From: Verrucomicrobiales bacterium
GTDB taxonomy: Bacteria; Verrucomicrobiota; Verrucomicrobiia; Limisphaerales; UBA1100
Assembly (NCBI GenBank): GCA_038139415.1
Contig: JAYOSV010000003.1
Coordinates: 98,778-162,777, forward strand
Direction: 5' to 3'
DNA length: 64,000 bases
This document shows positions 1 to 9,507 of this stretch, in pieces; the first letter of the stretch is position 1, and each line of letters starts with the position of its first letter. Below the pieces are notes generated by a model. That model did not search any database. It worked only from the letters and a program-made list of their open reading frames with translations, and was not told the DNA's origin. The translations under genes and the position numbers were made by a program.

Positions 1-1
1 G

Positions 2-2389
2 CTTGCCTCCAAGCATTACGGCGAGCGATGGGGACGGCACTGGCTGGATGTGGCGCGTTTTGCCGAGAGCCATGGGTTTGAGCAGGATTACAACCGCAAC
101 TTTGCATTTCATTACCGCGACTTCGTCATTCAGGCGCTTAATGCCGATATGCCGTATGATCAGTTTGTGAAATGGCAGATCGCTGGGGACGAGTTGGCGC
201 CGGACAATCCGTTGGCCATGAAGGCTACGGGCTTCCTCGGCGCGGGCGTGTTTCCCACGCAGTTGACCGAGAAGGAATTCGAATCCGCCCGTTACGATGA
301 GCTCGATGATATGGCTAACACCACGGGCACAGCGATGCTGGGGCTGACGATCGGCTGCGCGCGTTGTCACGATCACAAGTTCGATCCCATTCCCGTGCGC
401 GATTACTATCGTTTCATCAACACCTTCGCCACGACCATCCGCAGCGAGATTGATCTGCCGGTGAACGGTGATCTTACAGAGGTCGCTGCCAAATGGGAAA
501 AGGCGCATGCGCCGCTCACAGCTGCCTTGGCCAAGTTTGAAAAGGACGAGTTGCCCAAGCGGTTTGCGTTGTGGGCGAAGAATCCGCCGAAGAGCGTACT
601 GCAAAAGCAGGACTGGATGATCCTCGATCATCTGCAGCCCAAGTCGCTCGATGGTGCGACCTTTTCCAAACAGGCCGACGGCTCTTTTCTCGTGGGCGGC
701 AAAAATCCCGCCAATGATCGGTGGGTGCTCACGGCCGAACTGCAGACGATGGGCCTGAACGCCATCCGGATCGAGGCGCTCACGGACAAGTCGATGCCCC
801 GCAACGGCCCCGGCCGCGCGGGCAACGGCAATTTTGCACTGAGCGATATCCGCGTGTTTGCCGCCAACAAAAAAGGTGGCCAACGGGTGCCGGTGAAGCT
901 GGTCAATCCCAAGGCCACGCATCAGCAAAACACCGCCGGCTTGTCGGTGGCCAGCTCGATTGACAGCGACAAGCGCAAGAGCGGTTGGGCGGTAGATTTT
1001 GGAGGTATCGGTAAGGAACAGGCGGCGGTATTTGAATTCGCTGCGCCGGTCGGTTTCGAGGGCGGTACGATCCTGACGGTGGAGATGGATTTCTATGTGA
1101 ACACCAGCCACACCATCGGTCGACCCCGGTTAGCGGTGACTGCGGCGCCCCGACCGGTGGCGATCAAGGGTGATTCCAGCGCCGCCTCGGTGGCCACCTT
1201 GCTGGCTGCCGTGAAGCAGGCCGGCAGCGTGGAGAAGCTGGATGCCAAACAACGTGCGGCGTTACTGAAGATTTACCGCGCGCAGGACGCCGAGTGGACC
1301 AAACTGAACAATCACGTGCAGCAACACCTCGCCAGTAAGCCCGTGCCGAAGATGGAAAAGGTGCAGGTGACCAGCGAAGGCTTCAAACCCACCAAGCACC
1401 ACGCCGATGGCCGCGGGTTCCCGCATTTTTACAAGCAGACCTATTTCCTGAAACGCGGTGATGCGAACCAGAAAGACGGCGAGGCCACGCAGGGCTTCCT
1501 GCAGGTGCTGATGCGCGGCGGCAAGAACGAGCAGTCGTGGCAGGTAGCACCGCCCGAGGGTTGGCGCACTAGTTACCGCCGGCGTTCGCTGGCCAATTGG
1601 CTTACGGACACCGAACACGGCGCGGGGCACTTGCTCGCGCGGGTGATGGCCAACCGCCTGTGGCAGCATCATCTCGGGCGCGGCATTGTGAATACGCCCA
1701 ACGATTTTGGTCTGCAGGGCGAGCTACCCACGCATCCGCAGTTGCTCGACTGGCTGGCGCTGGAGCTGATCGAAAACGGCTGGCGGCTCAAGCCCTTGCA
1801 CAAACAGATCGTGATGAGTGCCACCTACCGCCAAAGCGCCGCACATGATGCCGCCAAGTTGAAGGCGGATCCGGAAAACAAACTGCACTGGCGCCGCACA
1901 CCCGCGCGGCTGGAGGCGGAGGTGATTCGGGACAGTATCCTGAAGGTTAGCGGCCGGCTTGACGAGCGCATGTTCGGTGCCGGCACCCTTGATGAGCGCA
2001 TGCTGCGGCGCAGTATTTATTTCATGATCAAGCGCAGCAAGCTCATCCCCAGCATGCAACTCTTCGATTCGCCTGAGCCGCTGGTGAGCCAGGGCAGCCG
2101 CCCGGTCACCATCATCGCTCCGCAGGCGCTGCACTTCATGAACAACGGTCAGGTGCGCGCTTCAGCCATGGAACTGGCCAGGCAGCTGAAAACACAGCCC
2201 GATACCGCCGCGGCCGTGACTCTGGGTTACCAAACCGTCCTTGGCCGCGCCCCCACGCCGAAAGAGCAGAAGTCGATCGCCAGCTTCATCGACGTGCAGG
2301 AAAAATCCTATACCAACAACGGCCGCGAACTTGCCCTTGCCGACTTCGTGCAGGTGCTGTTTGGGCTCAACGAATTTATCGTGCAATGA
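2..2389 (+). CDS. DUF1549/DUF1553 (PSCyt2/PSD1) planctomycete cytochrome c-type protein, 5'-truncated by the window edge
   Basis: Frame is open from the window start (LASKHYGERWGRHWLDVARFAES). Contains LTIGCARCHDHKFDP (CxxCH), the PSD1 block ANRLWQHHLGRGIV..PNDFG..GELPTHPQLLDWLA, RLEAEVIRD and a C-terminal NEF. Stop overlaps the next ATG (ATGA). Confidence 0.9.
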   Translation, partial: LASKHYGERWGRHWLDVARFAESHGFEQDYNRNFAFHYRDFVIQALNADMPYDQFVKWQIAGDELAPDNPLAMKATGFLGAGVFPTQLTEKEFESARYDELDDMANTTGTAMLGLTIGCARCHDHKFDPIPVRDYYRFINTFATTIRSEIDLPVNGDLTEVAAKWEKAHAPLTAALAKFEKDELPKRFALWAKNPPKSVLQKQDWMILDHLQPKSLDGATFSKQADGSFLVGGKNPANDRWVLTAELQTMGLNAIRIEALTDKSMPRNGPGRAGNGNFALSDIRVFAANKKGGQRVPVKLVNPKATHQQNTAGLSVASSIDSDKRKSGWAVDFGGIGKEQAAVFEFAAPVGFEGGTILTVEMDFYVNTSHTIGRPRLAVTAAPRPVAIKGDSSAASVATLLAAVKQAGSVEKLDAKQRAALLKIYRAQDAEWTKLNNHVQQHLASKPVPKMEKVQVTSEGFKPTKHHADGRGFPHFYKQTYFLKRGDANQKDGEATQGFLQVLMRGGKNEQSWQVAPPEGWRTSYRRRSLANWLTDTEHGAGHLLARVMANRLWQHHLGRGIVNTPNDFGLQGELPTHPQLLDWLALELIENGWRLKPLHKQIVMSATYRQSAAHDAAKLKADPENKLHWRRTPARLEAEVIRDSILKVSGRLDERMFGAGTLDERMLRRSIYFMIKRSKLIPSMQLFDSPEPLVSQGSRPVTIIAPQALHFMNNGQVRASAMELARQLKTQPDTAAAVTLGYQTVLGRAPTPKEQKSIASFIDVQEKSYTNNGRELALADFVQVLFGLNEFIVQ

Positions 2390-3810
2390 ACACTCTGAAT
2401 CACCTCAACCGCCGCCAGATGCTTCAACGGGCTGGCATGGGTATTGGCTCGCTGGGTTTGGCGAGTTTGCTCCAGCAGGAAGGCTTGGCTGCGCAAAATC
2501 CGTTGGCGGCGAAGAATCCACATTTTAAGACCAAGGCCAAATCGGTCATTTGGCTCTTCATTAACGGCGGACCGAGCCATGTGGATACGTGGGATTACAA
2601 GCCGGAGCTGGCCAAGCGTGACGGGCAGGCGCTGGAGGGGTTCGATCGGTTTACCGGCTTCTTTGCCAACGCGGTGGGTGGGCTGATGAAAAGCCCGTTT
2701 GAATTCAAACCGCACGGGCAAAGCGGTAAGCATGTCTCGTCCATTTTCCCAAACCTCTCCAAGCACGTAGACAAGATGGCGTTCATTCACTCGGGACACA
2801 CGGAGAGCAACAACCATTCACCGGCGCTCTTCGCGATGAACTGCGGCCTGCCGCGAATGGGGTATCCGTGTGTTGGCTCATGGGTCACATACGGGCTGGG
2901 AAGCGAGAGCGACAGCCTGCCCGCATTTGTGGTGATGAGCGACCCGAAGGGACGCGGCCTGCCTAAGGGACATGCGGCCAACTGGGGCGCGGGCTTTTTG
3001 CCGAGCGTCTATCAGGGCACTCACTTCAGGCCCACAGGCGATCCGATCGATAATCTCAAACGCCCCACCGGCATGAACGCCGAGCAGCAACGGCGGCAGC
3101 TTGATCTCTTGAAGACGCTGAACCAACAGCACTTCGAAGTTAATCCGTTTGAGGAATCGTTGGCTGCGCGCATTGAGAGCTTTGAGCTGGCCTACCGCAT
3201 GCAGAGCGCCGCGCCCGAGGCGTTGGCGGTGGATAAGGAACCGGAGCACATTCGCGCCATGTACGGGCTGGACGATGACAAATGCAAACACGTCGCCGCC
3301 CAATGCCTCACGGCCCGCCGTATGGTGGAGCGCGGCGTGCGGTTCATTCAGATTTACAGCGGTGGCATGGAAAACCAGCGGAGCTGGGACGGTCACAACG
3401 ACATCGCCGGCAACCACTCGCAGTTCGCCGGCGAAACCGACAAGCCGATCGCCGCGCTCCTTCAGGACCTGTCGCAGCGTGGGTTGCTGGACGAAACACT
3501 TGTCGTTTGGGGCGGCGAATTCGGCCGCCTGCCGGTGGCGCAGAAATCTAAGAAACCTGGGCGCGACCATAACCCGCACGCGCTCACCTACTGGATGGCC
3601 GGCGGCGGCGTGAAAGGCGGCGTAAGCTATGGCGAGACCGACGAGATCGGTCACAAAGCCGCCGTCGACAAATGCCACGTCAACGACCTCCACGCCACCA
3701 TCCTTCACCTGCTGGGCATGGATCACGAGAAACTCACCTACCGCCACAACGGCCGCGACTTCCGCCTAACCGACGTGGGCGGCGAAGTGGTGAAGGAGAT
3801 TATCGCATGA
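2386..3810 (+). CDS. DUF1501 domain protein (Tat-exported, alkaline phosphatase/sulfatase-like)
   Basis: Twin-Arg LNRRQML; GGPSHVDTWDYKP; WDGH; VVWGGEFGR; GRDHNP; RDFRLTDV. Confidence 0.93.
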   Translation: MNTLNHLNRRQMLQRAGMGIGSLGLASLLQQEGLAAQNPLAAKNPHFKTKAKSVIWLFINGGPSHVDTWDYKPELAKRDGQALEGFDRFTGFFANAVGGLMKSPFEFKPHGQSGKHVSSIFPNLSKHVDKMAFIHSGHTESNNHSPALFAMNCGLPRMGYPCVGSWVTYGLGSESDSLPAFVVMSDPKGRGLPKGHAANWGAGFLPSVYQGTHFRPTGDPIDNLKRPTGMNAEQQRRQLDLLKTLNQQHFEVNPFEESLAARIESFELAYRMQSAAPEALAVDKEPEHIRAMYGLDDDKCKHVAAQCLTARRMVERGVRFIQIYSGGMENQRSWDGHNDIAGNHSQFAGETDKPIAALLQDLSQRGLLDETLVVWGGEFGRLPVAQKSKKPGRDHNPHALTYWMAGGGVKGGVSYGETDEIGHKAAVDKCHVNDLHATILHLLGMDHEKLTYRHNGRDFRLTDVGGEVVKEIIA

Positions 3811-6800
3811 GGCCATTCATCGGGATGGGCGCCTTGCTGCTTCTGGCAATCGGAAGCATGGCCGAGGACGCGCCGGACTTTAATCGCGAGGTGCGGCCGA
3901 TTCTCGCGACGCATTGTTTCACCTGCCACGGTCCGGACGCCAACACACGCAAAGCCAAGCTGCGGCTGGACGAACGCGAGGCGGCTTTGGAGATCCTAGC
4001 GCCCGGCAAGCTGGTGGACAGCGAGTTGATACATCGCATCCTGTCCGAGGATCCCGATGAAGTGATGCCGCCACCTTCATTGAAAAAGCCGTTGAGCGCG
4101 GCACAGAAATCGGTGTTGAAACGCTGGGTGGCGGCCGGCGCGCCGTATGCCAGCCACTGGGCCTTCGCCCAACCACAGCGGTCGGAGCCGCCCAAGGTGA
4201 AACAGGCCGACTGGGCCCGCACGCCGATCGACCGATTCATTCTCGCGCGTTTGGAACAGGAAGAATTGCAACCAGCACCCGAGGCGAATCGCGAGCGGTT
4301 GCTGTGTCGGTTGTCGCTGGATCTCACTGGTCTGCCGCCGACACCAAAAGAGGTGGAGGCGTTTCTCAAGGATCAATCCCCGAACGCCTATGAAAAGGCG
4401 GTCGACCGTCTGCTAGCTTCGCCGCGGTATGGCGAGCACATGGCCGTGCCGTGGCTGGACTACTCGCGCTACGCCGACAGCAACGGCTACCAAACCGACG
4501 GCAGCCGCCAGCAATGGCCGTGGCGCGATTGGCTGATTCAGGCGCTGAACGCGAACAAGCCGTTTGACCAGTTCACCATTGAACAGTTAGCCGGAGACAT
4601 GTTGCCAGAGGCGACGCTGCAGCAGAAGGTGGCCACCGGTTTCAATCGCAACCACCGCATCAACGGCGAAGGCGGCATCATCGCCGAGGAATGGCGCGTG
4701 GAAACGGTGATTGATCGGGTGGAAACCACCGGCGCCACGTGGCTGGGTCTCACGCTCGGCTGCGCGCGTTGCCACGATCACAAGTATGATCCCCTGTCGC
4801 AGCGTGAATTTTACCAGTTCTTTTCCTTCTTCAACAACGTGCCCGAGACCGGACGCTTGGCCGGCCAAAGCAGCAACACCAAGCCTTTGGTGAATGTGGA
4901 AACCGCCGAGCATCGCGCGGCCGTGGCCAAATTGGAGACGGAGATTAAACAGGCCGAGGCAGTCGCAAAACAGGCGGCGACCGAGTTGCCGAAACTGGTG
5001 AAGGCGTGGGCTCCGAAATTCCGTGAAGAATTGGGCGGAAAAAAAGTGACCTGGCAGAGCGTGGACGAAGCGACTGTGACCTCCAAGGGCGGCGCCAAGT
5101 TTGAGCGGTTGGAGGACGGCTCCTGGCTACCGAGCGGACCGAATGCCACGCATGACACGTACGAGATTCGCACCACAATGACCGGCGACCACTTCACCGG
5201 TGTGCTGCTGGAATGCCTGCCGGACGCGCGTCTACCGAACAAGAGTTTGGGCCGGTATAGTAACGGCAACTTTGTGCTCACCCGCGTGGAAGGCGAGATC
5301 GTACCGGCCAACGGCAAGCCCTTGCCGCTGAAGTTTACGCGGATTGAATCGGATTACTCGCAGAAGGGATGGGACATCAAGAACGTCAACAACGGCCAGT
5401 CCGGCAAAGGCTGGGCGGTAGACGGGCCTACGCGACGGGAACCGATTAAGGCACTCTTCCTCGCGGGTCAACCGGTGGCCGTGCCGAACGAGGCCACGGT
5501 GGTGCTGCGGTTTGTGTGCGCGACCCTGAACCAACACAACCTCGGACGGTTCCGCCTGTCTCTCACCGGCGCCACACCGGCGGCCGTAAGCCTGAAGGGC
5601 GACAGTATTCCCGCCGCGGTGCGGGCGGCACTGAGTGCCGAGACCCCGAACCCCAAGCAGTGGGCGGCGTTGGAAAAATATTACCGCGCGCACGTGGCCA
5701 ACCCAGCCAAGGCGGCTGATGACCGCGTGGCCGCCAAACGCAAACAACTGGCCGATCTCCGCAAGAAACTGCCGACAGTGATGGTGATGGAGGAAATGCC
5801 GGCGCCGCGTAAGGCGTTCATTCTCAACCGTGGCCAGTACGATCAACCGGCGGAGGAAGTGAAGGCCGGGTTGCCGGCGTTTCTGCCCGCGCTGCCCAAG
5901 GGCGCGGCGATGAACCGACTGGGGCTCGCTCGTTGGATCGCCAGCCCGGATAATCCGCTTACCGCCCGCGTGTGGGTGAACCGAGCCTGGGAACATTTCT
6001 TCGGTGTGGGCCTGGTAAAGACGACTGAAAACTTTGGTGTACAGGCGGCGTTTCCGAGTCATCCGGCATTGCTGGACTGGTTGGCGCGTGAGTTTGTGAA
6101 GCCATCGCAAGGCGTGCAGGTGAACGGTCAACCGGCCAAAGGGTGGGATATGAAAGCCTTTCACAAACTATTGGTGATGAGCTCGGCCTACCGTCAGGAC
6201 GCCAAGCCGCGGACCGATACCTATGCGGCTGATCCGGACAACCGACTGCTGTCGCGCGGACCGCGTTTCCGATTGGGCGGCGAGCAGTTGCGTGACCGAG
6301 CGTTGTTTGTCAGCGGTCTGCTGGTGGAACGCCTCGGCGGTCCCAGCGTACGGCCGTATATGCCGGTGGGGGTCTGGAACGAGACCACGCGCTACGGGGA
6401 TTTGCGCAATTATAAAAACGCCACCGATGACGGCCTGTATCGGCGCACGATGTACACGATCTGGAAACGGACCGCCGCACCGCCTTCGATGCTGCTCTTT
6501 GATGCGCCCAACCGTGAGGTGTGCACGATCCAGCGCTCACGCACCAACACGCCGTTGCAGGCTTTATCGCTCCTGAACGAAGTGACCTTCGTGGAAGCGG
6601 CTCGTCGGCTGGGCGGTCGGATGTTGAAAGACGGTGACTCCTCGATGGAAGCGCGGTTGACGCACGGCTTTCTCTGGGCCGTTTCCCGAAAGCCCACTCC
6701 AACCGAACTGGCGGTGTTGCGCGACGGGCTGAGGGAGGATCTGGCTTATTTCACCGCAAACCCCGAGGCAGCCAAGAAACTGCTGGCTGTGGGCGAATCG

Positions 6801-6893
6801 GCGGCGCCAGATGATAGACTCGCGGAGCGCGCGGCGTTCACGCTGGCGGCGAATGTGTTGTTGAACCTCGATGAATTTGTGACGCGCGAATAA
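3807..6893 (+). CDS. PSCyt1-DUF1549-DUF1553 planctomycete cytochrome c domain protein
   Basis: Start refined to ATG 3807 (ATGA overlap, signal peptide MRPFIGMGALLLLAIG). FNREVRPILATHCFTCHGPD (CxxCH), MPP, second CARCHDHKYDP, PSD1 block, RTNTPLQAL, NLDEF. Confidence 0.92.
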   Translation: MRPFIGMGALLLLAIGSMAEDAPDFNREVRPILATHCFTCHGPDANTRKAKLRLDEREAALEILAPGKLVDSELIHRILSEDPDEVMPPPSLKKPLSAAQKSVLKRWVAAGAPYASHWAFAQPQRSEPPKVKQADWARTPIDRFILARLEQEELQPAPEANRERLLCRLSLDLTGLPPTPKEVEAFLKDQSPNAYEKAVDRLLASPRYGEHMAVPWLDYSRYADSNGYQTDGSRQQWPWRDWLIQALNANKPFDQFTIEQLAGDMLPEATLQQKVATGFNRNHRINGEGGIIAEEWRVETVIDRVETTGATWLGLTLGCARCHDHKYDPLSQREFYQFFSFFNNVPETGRLAGQSSNTKPLVNVETAEHRAAVAKLETEIKQAEAVAKQAATELPKLVKAWAPKFREELGGKKVTWQSVDEATVTSKGGAKFERLEDGSWLPSGPNATHDTYEIRTTMTGDHFTGVLLECLPDARLPNKSLGRYSNGNFVLTRVEGEIVPANGKPLPLKFTRIESDYSQKGWDIKNVNNGQSGKGWAVDGPTRREPIKALFLAGQPVAVPNEATVVLRFVCATLNQHNLGRFRLSLTGATPAAVSLKGDSIPAAVRAALSAETPNPKQWAALEKYYRAHVANPAKAADDRVAAKRKQLADLRKKLPTVMVMEEMPAPRKAFILNRGQYDQPAEEVKAGLPAFLPALPKGAAMNRLGLARWIASPDNPLTARVWVNRAWEHFFGVGLVKTTENFGVQAAFPSHPALLDWLAREFVKPSQGVQVNGQPAKGWDMKAFHKLLVMSSAYRQDAKPRTDTYAADPDNRLLSRGPRFRLGGEQLRDRALFVSGLLVERLGGPSVRPYMPVGVWNETTRYGDLRNYKNATDDGLYRRTMYTIWKRTAAPPSMLLFDAPNREVCTIQRSRTNTPLQALSLLNEVTFVEAARRLGGRMLKDGDSSMEARLTHGFLWAVSRKPTPTELAVLRDGLREDLAYFTANPEAAKKLLAVGESAAPDDRLAERAAFTLAANVLLNLDEFVTRE

Positions 6894-8335
6894 TGAATCC
6901 CGATTTCAATCTCCAGGTGCAGGACGCCCTCAACCGGCGCGTGTTCCTGCGTAACACCACTTCGTTTCTCGGACTGTCAGCTCTGGCCGGATTGACGCAG
7001 GCGAAGACCTCGTCGAGCGGCCTGCCCGGGTTTCCCACGCACGCAGCCAAGGCGAAACGGATCATTTATCTGTTCCAATCCGGGGCACCGTCGCAGATGG
7101 ATTTGTTTGATCCCAAACCGGCGATTACCGATCGGCGCGGCGAGGATTTGCCCGACTCTATCCGGAAAGGTCAACGGCTCACCACGATGACCTCCGGCCA
7201 GAAGAAGTTTCCGGTGGCACCCACCATTTTTAAGTTCGGGCGGCACGGCCAGAGTGGCATGGAGTTCAGCGAACTGTTGCCGCACCTGTCCAAGCAGGCC
7301 GACAAGCTGGCGATGATTCGTACGGTGCATACCGAGGCGATCAACCACGATCCGGCGATCACCTTTTGCCAGACCGGCCATCAACTGGCCGGTCGACCGA
7401 GCATCGGTTCGTGGCTCAGTTATGGGTTGGGTAGCGAAAACCGCAATCTGCCGGCGTATGTTGTGCTCACTTCCTTTGGGTCCGGCCGGCCGAATGATCA
7501 GCCGCTGTACGATCGCCTGTGGAGTTCGGGGTTTCTGCCCACGCGCCATCAGGGCGTGAAATTTCGAAACACTGGCGATGCGGTCCTGTATCTTTCCAAC
7601 CCGCCGGGAGTGGACACCGCTACCCGTCGGCGCACACTGGATCGCCTGAACTCGCTTAACCGCGAACGTCTTTCGCAGGTTGGTGATCCAGAAATCGCCA
7701 CGCGCATAGCGCAGTATGAACTGGCGTTTCGCATGCAGAGCAGTGTGCCGGAGTTGTTGGATGTCTCCAAGGAACCTAAGCACGTGCTGGATTCCTACGG
7801 ACCGGATGTGCATCGACCCGGGTCGTACGCGGCCAACTGCCTACTGGCACGTCGCATGGCCGAGCGGGATGTGCGGTTTGTGCAGCTCTTTCACATGGGC
7901 TGGGATCACCACGGCGGCTTGCCCAAAGCGGTGGCCGGGCAATGCAAGGACACCGATCAACCGACGGCCGCACTGCTGAACGACCTGGAGCAACGCGGGT
8001 TGTTGAAGGATACGCTGGTGGTGTGGGGCGGCGAGTTCGGGCGCACGGTGTATTCGCAGGGCAATTTATCCGCGACCAACTACGGGCGCGATCATCATCC
8101 GCGTTGTTTCACCATGCTCATGGCCGGCGCGGGCATTCGCGGCGGCGTGACCTATGGTGAGACGGATGATTACTGCTACAACATCGTTCGCGATCCGGTG
8201 GAGGTGCATGATCTCAACGCAACCATTCTGGATCAGCTGGGGATCGATCACGAGAAGCTCACTTACAAATTCCAGGGGCGCGATTATCGCCTTACGGACG
8301 TACACGGTAAGCCGGTGAAGGGCGTATTGACCTAA
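6893..8335 (+). CDS. DUF1501 domain protein (Tat-exported)
   Basis: TAATG coupling to the upstream gene; LNRRVFL; GAPSQMDLFDPKP; WDHH; WGGEFGR; GRDHHP. Confidence 0.93.
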   Translation: MNPDFNLQVQDALNRRVFLRNTTSFLGLSALAGLTQAKTSSSGLPGFPTHAAKAKRIIYLFQSGAPSQMDLFDPKPAITDRRGEDLPDSIRKGQRLTTMTSGQKKFPVAPTIFKFGRHGQSGMEFSELLPHLSKQADKLAMIRTVHTEAINHDPAITFCQTGHQLAGRPSIGSWLSYGLGSENRNLPAYVVLTSFGSGRPNDQPLYDRLWSSGFLPTRHQGVKFRNTGDAVLYLSNPPGVDTATRRRTLDRLNSLNRERLSQVGDPEIATRIAQYELAFRMQSSVPELLDVSKEPKHVLDSYGPDVHRPGSYAANCLLARRMAERDVRFVQLFHMGWDHHGGLPKAVAGQCKDTDQPTAALLNDLEQRGLLKDTLVVWGGEFGRTVYSQGNLSATNYGRDHHPRCFTMLMAGAGIRGGVTYGETDDYCYNIVRDPVEVHDLNATILDQLGIDHEKLTYKFQGRDYRLTDVHGKPVKGVLT

Positions 8336-8346
8336 CGTTCCAACCC

Positions 8347-8910
8347 TTACGCGGTGGCCTGTTCTTTTTCGGCCAGCAACTGCTCGCGCCGTGACTGACG
8401 CCGTGACTGATATTTGCGCAGACCGGCGCGCGCGATGAAAAAGCCGATCAACCCGATGACCGCCCCGAACACTGCGGCTCCAGCGGTCCAGCCGGCAAGT
8501 GCCTTGAGCAATTCACCGGAAGAGGCGAGATCCTTGACCACATCCCATGTTTCGCCCAGCGGCTTCATTGTCTCGCCGTCCATGAATTTGTCTTTGTAGT
8601 TCGGCAACCCGAGCATTTTACTGCCGAGAATAAAGCTGGGTGGGATGGTGAGAAAGGCGAACAGCTTGGCAAACACAAAGCCTGCGACCGCGGCGCCCAT
8701 GTGACCCTTGCCGAACTTGTTCAGCGGATACATCAGGAAAAAGGCAAGGCCCAAGGTGGGGAAGAAAATCAGCTCCACAAAGATGCCGTAACCCACGCCG
8801 CGGGCCACCTGTGAGGGCGCGCCTTTGGTTCGGAGAATCCGCAGGTAATCAAGGCGCATCTTGCGCCCGATGCGGGTATACCAGGGATGCCTGCTCGTGC
8901 CGCCGGCCAT
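8347..8910 (-). CDS. DUF2062-like membrane protein
   Basis: PSQVARGVGYGIF..FFPTLG motif, three hydrophobic segments, basic C-terminal tail. Confidence 0.7.
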   Translation of the reverse strand: MAGGTSRHPWYTRIGRKMRLDYLRILRTKGAPSQVARGVGYGIFVELIFFPTLGLAFFLMYPLNKFGKGHMGAAVAGFVFAKLFAFLTIPPSFILGSKMLGLPNYKDKFMDGETMKPLGETWDVVKDLASSGELLKALAGWTAGAAVFGAVIGLIGFFIARAGLRKYQSRRQSRREQLLAEKEQATA

Positions 8911-8916
8911 GGGCGG

Positions 8917-9492
8917 TTACTTGGCTACCACCCAGTCAAATGAGATCTTTACTTCGGGATCAGTCTGGATGCTGCCGGTGGGCAGCTTGGGGGAGGGGGG
9001 CGTGATGCCGAAATCGGTCATCTTAATCGGCACCAGTCCGGATACTGTCAGTTGGCCAGCCTTATTGGCGATGTTGACGTCGAAGTTCAGCGGCTGCTTT
9101 TTGCCGTTGATCTCAATGGCACCAGAACCTGCGCAGGTGGACACGCCGTCCTTCACGGACTTCACTTCAAGACCGGTGATGGTAAACTTGATGAGCTTGT
9201 GCTTCGGCTCGTTCATGGCCGCGTGCATTACTTCGTCCATGCGCTTCTTGCCGCTCTTCAACTGGCGCACGGGTACAATCACCGTGCCGCTGGCCTTGGC
9301 CGTACCGGTTTTACCGAGGGCGGCGCCATCCACATTCAGGAAACCGCCGATGACCTTGGTCTCGACCTTCCACTTGTGCACGCTGGAGTTGCCGTTGATG
9401 ATCAGATTGCTGAGGCCAAACTTGGCCTTATAGAGCTCGGCTTGCGCGGGCAAGGCGAGGATGAGGGCGGTGAGAATGAGAATTTTTTTCAT
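8917..9492 (-). CDS. YceI family lipid/polyisoprenoid-binding protein
   Basis: Signal peptide; GNSSVHKW; LKSGKKRMDEVMHAAM; IKMTDFGITPP. Confidence 0.85.
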   Translation of the reverse strand: MKKILILTALILALPAQAELYKAKFGLSNLIINGNSSVHKWKVETKVIGGFLNVDGAALGKTGTAKASGTVIVPVRQLKSGKKRMDEVMHAAMNEPKHKLIKFTITGLEVKSVKDGVSTCAGSGAIEINGKKQPLNFDVNIANKAGQLTVSGLVPIKMTDFGITPPSPKLPTGSIQTDPEVKISFDWVVAK

Positions 9493-9507
9493 GGAATATG
9501 TGTGGGG

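Noticed and set aside
3672..3806. N-terminal extensions given by the ORF track (also 24572, 41914, 58967, 62600)
   Set aside because: They overlap neighbouring genes; downstream starts with stop/start overlaps, signal peptides or -10 elements fit better.
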